A stretch of DNA of 37,009 bases. It comes from a virus (taxonomy: Duplodnaviria > Caudoviricetes). Where the stretch lies: positions 1 to 37,009 of the IMG/VR virus record IMGVR_UViG_3300031965_000089. The stretch is one strand, 5' to 3'. This document shows, in pieces, positions 33,379-37,009 of the stretch. Under the pieces are notes generated by a model. It had not been told where the DNA came from. It saw only the letters and a program-made list of their open reading frames with translations, and ran no database searches. The translations under genes were made by a program, and so were the position numbers. Positions within the stretch are counted from its first letter, which is position 1, and every line of letters starts with the position of its first letter.

Positions 33379-34538
33379 CAGTAGACCGTGATGTAGACGC
33401 CGGCGTTCTCGCCCTGGGCGCCGAAGGGAATGCCCTCATGGCCGAAGCCGTTGAGGTCCTCGTTTTCCGAGCCGGAATAGAGGAGCTGCGGCACATAGAA
33501 GGAGATCGCCTTGCCCGGCGTCCCCCAGCGCCACCACAGCTTGCGCGTCGTGCCGGCGAGGAAGTCGGTCAGCACGTCGCGCTCGGAAGTCAGCGCCACC
33601 GGCGGATTGATCCGGCCGCTATGGCCCCGCCGCGTGATGCCCGCGACATCGATGCCGAAGGTATCGGCCGGGTCCACCGCATTCTGCACGGTGTTGCCGA
33701 GATCGAAGCTGATCGTGCCGAGCTTGGTCTTGACGTTGTTCAGGTAGACGTCGGCCTGCTGGAAGGCGAGCGGGCGCTGCGCCTGGTAGGTGGCGGCGCC
33801 CGGGTGCGCCACGTCGGTCGGCGTCACGAACTTGCCGGAGAATGTGAAGGCGGCGCGCGGGATGCCCGAGACCGGCAGCGTGAACACGGCGTTGCCCTGG
33901 CCGCCGAGGAGCGGATGGAGCTTCGAGTTCACGCCCGCCGGCGTCGCATGCAGGTAATCGTAGATCGTCAGGTTCTTCAGGTCGGTCGAGATCGGCACGT
34001 AGATCTGCGAGGCCTTGACCGAGTAGGTCGAGGTCGCGTCGGGATTGACCGTCCAGTTGGGATAGATGGTCGCGATCTTCGTCGTATTGTCCCAGGCCGT
34101 GATGACCCGCGTCTGGCCGCTGCCGGTGCCGCCGGTCAGCGTGATGATGTCGCCCACCAGGATGCCGGTCGCACCGGCGGCGAGGGTGATCGAGCCGGCG
34201 GCGCCGGCCTGTGCCGTGCCGGTCAGATCGGCGGCGCGCGTCGTCTCGCTCATGCCGGCGCCGCGCAAGAAGACACCCCATTCCGGGGCGGTGCCGCCGG
34301 CGCCGGAGCCATGCATGTTGACCGTGCCCAGCCATTGCCGGCCGCCGCCGCCGACCACCGGCGCCCGCACGTCGAGCGCGCCAGTCACCTCATTGGTGTC
34401 GAGCGCTTGGGGCGATCCCTGTATCTGTGGCGACTCGAGGAGTACGGCGTTGGCGCCGACGGTCGGCGCCGCGTCGATTCCCGGCGTCGTCTCGACCTTG
34501 GCCAGGACCGTGCGGTTCAGCGTGCGATAATTCGACAT
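33378..34538 (-). CDS. Major tail tube protein with an inserted domain
   Basis: VLAKVETTPG, SGAGGTAPEWGVFLRGAG and FDLGNTV; GGAGAG RBS. Confidence 0.82.
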   Translation of the reverse strand: MSNYRTLNRTVLAKVETTPGIDAAPTVGANAVLLESPQIQGSPQALDTNEVTGALDVRAPVVGGGGRQWLGTVNMHGSGAGGTAPEWGVFLRGAGMSETTRAADLTGTAQAGAAGSITLAAGATGILVGDIITLTGGTGSGQTRVITAWDNTTKIATIYPNWTVNPDATSTYSVKASQIYVPISTDLKNLTIYDYLHATPAGVNSKLHPLLGGQGNAVFTLPVSGIPRAAFTFSGKFVTPTDVAHPGAATYQAQRPLAFQQADVYLNNVKTKLGTISFDLGNTVQNAVDPADTFGIDVAGITRRGHSGRINPPVALTSERDVLTDFLAGTTRKLWWRWGTPGKAISFYVPQLLYSGSENEDLNGFGHEGIPFGAQGENAGVYITVY

Positions 34539-34550
34539 GGCGACTCTCCC

Positions 34551-35003
34551 TTAAGCCTGACCGATGACCAGGACCGAGGCGTAGCGGAACTCATGCCAGA
34601 GCCGCGCGCGCGTCGCGAGAAGATGGCTGCCGCCGCGATACTCGAGGCCTGAATAGAGATCGGCATCCGGCGACCAGCCGATCAGCGCCGCGTGCAGGGC
34701 GAGCTTCAGATCGTCGAGCTGGTCGCCGGCCGCCTGGCCGCGCAGGTCGGCCGTGTTGTCGACCGCCACGACGATGGCGAAGACTTCCCAGACCACCTGC
34801 GACACCTGGCCGGCGGTCAGCGAGCGGGCGCCGCTCTGCGCATCGGCGACCAGCACTTCCTCCTCGGCATTGAGGACGAAGGCATGCGGCACCGGAAACT
34901 GCTCCTGCTCGGCGGCCTGCGCGAATTCCGCGGCGCCGGCGACGCGGCCGGCGAAGGCCGCCACCTGGTCGCGGACGCGCTCGATGATCGGGCTCGTTTT
35001 CAT
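34551..35003 (-). CDS. Tail terminator / completion protein
   Basis: RVAGAAEF...VPHAFV...DLRGQAA...ALIGWSP; position in the operon. Confidence 0.8.
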   Translation of the reverse strand: MKTSPIIERVRDQVAAFAGRVAGAAEFAQAAEQEQFPVPHAFVLNAEEEVLVADAQSGARSLTAGQVSQVVWEVFAIVVAVDNTADLRGQAAGDQLDDLKLALHAALIGWSPDADLYSGLEYRGGSHLLATRARLWHEFRYASVLVIGQA

Positions 35004-35070
35004 CGGCTCGCACCGCCCGCCGCGCCGCCAACCCGGGCGATGCTCGCCGGGTTCCAAGATTGTCGACGGA

Positions 35071-35568
35071 TCACGCGCCGATCCTCTGCAGGGCGGCGGT
35101 GATCGCCAGGCGGATGCGATCGGCAATCACATCGGCCTTGAGCTCGAGCGCCCGCGTCACATGCGGCCGCGCCGCCATGGCGAAGACTTGGGTCGCGAGA
35201 CGCCGGCGCCGCACGAGCCCCGCCTTGCGCGACACCTGACCGGCGCGCCGGCCCGTCTCGAGCGTGCGCGCATAGAACTCGGTCACCGCCACCGAGGCGC
35301 CGAGCTGGACCAGGCCGCCGCGTCGCCGGCGCGTCTGCCGTGCTCGGACGGAACGCGCGAGCGCCCCGGTGACCTTGGCCGGCGGCTGGCCGGGCGGCGA
35401 GGGCGAGTCCGACGATTGGCGCAAGAGAGCGCGCGTGTCCTTGGCCACCTCGCGCGCGCTGGAGGCGAGCGCCGCCTGGATTTCCGGGACCATCTTGCGG
35501 CCGGCGGCGAGCAGCGTCGCCAGCGCGCGGTTCGCCTCACTCGTGTCCAGTTCTATTTCGTAGGCCAT
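35071..35568 (-). CDS. HK97 gp10-like neck protein
   Basis: SPPGQPPAKVTGALARS, YARTLETG and MAARPHV. Confidence 0.8.
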   Translation of the reverse strand: MAYEIELDTSEANRALATLLAAGRKMVPEIQAALASSAREVAKDTRALLRQSSDSPSPPGQPPAKVTGALARSVRARQTRRRRGGLVQLGASVAVTEFYARTLETGRRAGQVSRKAGLVRRRRLATQVFAMAARPHVTRALELKADVIADRIRLAITAALQRIGA

Positions 35569-35576
35569 CGACTAGC

Positions 35577-35921
35577 TCATAGACCGACCTTGATTTCTTC
35601 CGCCAATACTTCGAGCCAGCGGCGCCGATCGTCCGGCTCCATGACCTGCACCACCCGATAGCGCTTGCCGTTGGCTTGGAGGAACTGCCAGGCCTGCACG
35701 TCGCTCCGGTGGTAGATCACGAAGACGTGCGTCGCCCGCTCCTGCGTCTGCACGTTGTCGATGACCTTGGTCCCGAACAGGGCCCGCACCCGCGCCCGCA
35801 CGGTCGCCACGATCGTATAGCTGTCGGCCAGATCGCTCGTGCCGCTCGCGACCTGCGAGCGCGTCTGCAGCTCGACCACGTCGCGCAGCTCGCCGGCGTT
35901 GCGGGGCGGATCGAAAGCCAT
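35577..35921 (-). CDS. Head closure protein (SPP1 gp16-like)
   Basis: AGELRDVVELQ...THVFVI...RRRWLEV. Confidence 0.85.
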   Translation of the reverse strand: MAFDPPRNAGELRDVVELQTRSQVASGTSDLADSYTIVATVRARVRALFGTKVIDNVQTQERATHVFVIYHRSDVQAWQFLQANGKRYRVVQVMEPDDRRRWLEVLAEEIKVGL

Positions 35922-35934
35922 GGTTATTTCCGCC

Positions 35935-36519
35935 CTACACCCAATTCACGGCATCGGGCGACAGCAGCGCCTCGATGCCGGACGGGCCGGGCAGCTCGGT
36001 GACGATCGTGCCGGTCACGTAACCGCGCCGCTCGCCGTACCAGGCCTCGATCAGCAGCAGCATGGCCTGGCGCACCTTGCGCGGCGCGCGGTCGGCCGAG
36101 GCGAAACCCGCGGTGAAGGTCACGCGCACGGCGCCGGTCTGCGCCCGGGTCGCCGGCCAGCTCTCATTCCAGGCCGCCTCGATGATCGCCGGCGCCCGGT
36201 GCGCGCCGAGCCGATACTTGCTTGCCGCCAGGGTCTGCTCGATGCCGTCCGCGTCGTCGTACTTGATCGAATCGACCGAGACGATCGGCCAGCGCAGCAG
36301 GCGGATCATGCCGCACAACTCATCGAGCGTCTGGCGATAGACGGTCTCGACGTAGGCGAGGCCCTGGCGCGCCTCGCACCACTCGGCCGCCGCCCGGATC
36401 AGCTCGGCGATGTACGCATCGTCCGTGCCGTGCGTGACGTTCAGGTGGTCCTTCGCCCCTTCCAGCGTCACCGGATAGAAGGCCGGCGGCGTCACGATCG
36501 TGATCCCTTCGCGGATCAT
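35935..36519 (-). CDS. Head-tail connector (HK97 gp6-like)
   Basis: PVTLEGAKDHL...DDAYIAELIRAA...VRVTFTAGF...QAMLLLIEAWY. Confidence 0.9.
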   Translation of the reverse strand: MIREGITIVTPPAFYPVTLEGAKDHLNVTHGTDDAYIAELIRAAAEWCEARQGLAYVETVYRQTLDELCGMIRLLRWPIVSVDSIKYDDADGIEQTLAASKYRLGAHRAPAIIEAAWNESWPATRAQTGAVRVTFTAGFASADRAPRKVRQAMLLLIEAWYGERRGYVTGTIVTELPGPSGIEALLSPDAVNWV

Positions 36520-36821
36520 CACGCCTCCTGCCACAGCGCATAGAGCTCGCCGAGCACGACTGCCCCCTCGCCCGATCCGATGCCGGCCCCTTTCCAGGTC
36601 CAGCGATGGCGGCCGGGCTTCGCCAGCGGCCAGTCGACGTGATACTTGCCGGTCGAGTCCTTCACGAGCTGTGCATCCGTCTGATGAACGTAGGTCGTCC
36701 GCACATCGTCCGGGTCGAGCATCTCGAAGGTGACGGTCGTCGGATCGGCGAGCACGCCCGCCGCATCCGTGAACGTCACGTCGATCGTCTTCACGGCGCC
36801 GACCGGAAAGGACTCCGTCAC
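36519..36821 (-). CDS. Small Ig-like virion protein
   Basis: VTFTDAAGVLADPTTVTF...KDSTGKYHVD...GRHRWTW; GTG start overlapping the upstream stop. Confidence 0.7.
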   Translation of the reverse strand: MTESFPVGAVKTIDVTFTDAAGVLADPTTVTFEMLDPDDVRTTYVHQTDAQLVKDSTGKYHVDWPLAKPGRHRWTWKGAGIGSGEGAVVLGELYALWQEA

Positions 36822-37009
36822 GGTCCGGCCCCCGTCGCCCCGCCGGCGCCGCCGATCCCGGTTATGGACTTCGCACCACCAATCGCAGTGGCCGCGCCTG
36901 CGCCGGCAAGGCCGCTCGTGGCGAGGCGCGGGATGGCGCCGCGGCCCAGGCGCACGAGCCGCCGGCGCCGGTCGGTCGACGCCGCGCTCCGCGCGAATTC
37001 CAGCCATTC
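36818..37009 (-). CDS. Partial CDS (C-terminus only)
   Basis: Frame is open from the window end: EWLEFARS...GAGGATGAGP*, with a GTGA overlap. Confidence 0.5.
   Translation of the reverse strand, partial: EWLEFARSAASTDRRRRLVRLGRGAIPRLATSGLAGAGAATAIGGAKSITGIGGAGGATGAGP

Overview
This window is a near-complete, circularly permuted genome of a GC-rich temperate HK97-like tailed phage, with a host that is probably alphaproteobacterial (inference). It opens inside the major capsid gene and ends in the head-tail connector region, so the two ends appear to join. Modules: head and packaging (minus strand, 1-6036); a plus-strand accessory operon (about 6300-11030); methyltransferase/ParB/HNH genes (10993-13224); replication and early genes (13217-18354); a cro/cI switch (18389-19573); xis/int with an intact attP carrying the 3' half of a tRNA-Gln (19739-22276); lysis genes (22290-24075); and tail genes (24057-37009). 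The standout feature is the accessory operon. It is cut into gene cassettes by six type I hammerhead ribozymes, each with an intact core, covarying stems and a covarying loop II pseudoknot. Each ribozyme is followed by a small hairpin, an invariant ACTGCACA box and (directly in five of six) an RBS. The operon's predicted promoter overlaps the same palindromic operator seen at cro/cI and upstream of xis/int. Its long non-coding leader carries two boxA-like sites and a sequence complementary to the ACTGCACA box. Family calls come from motif recognition by eye; no searches were run.
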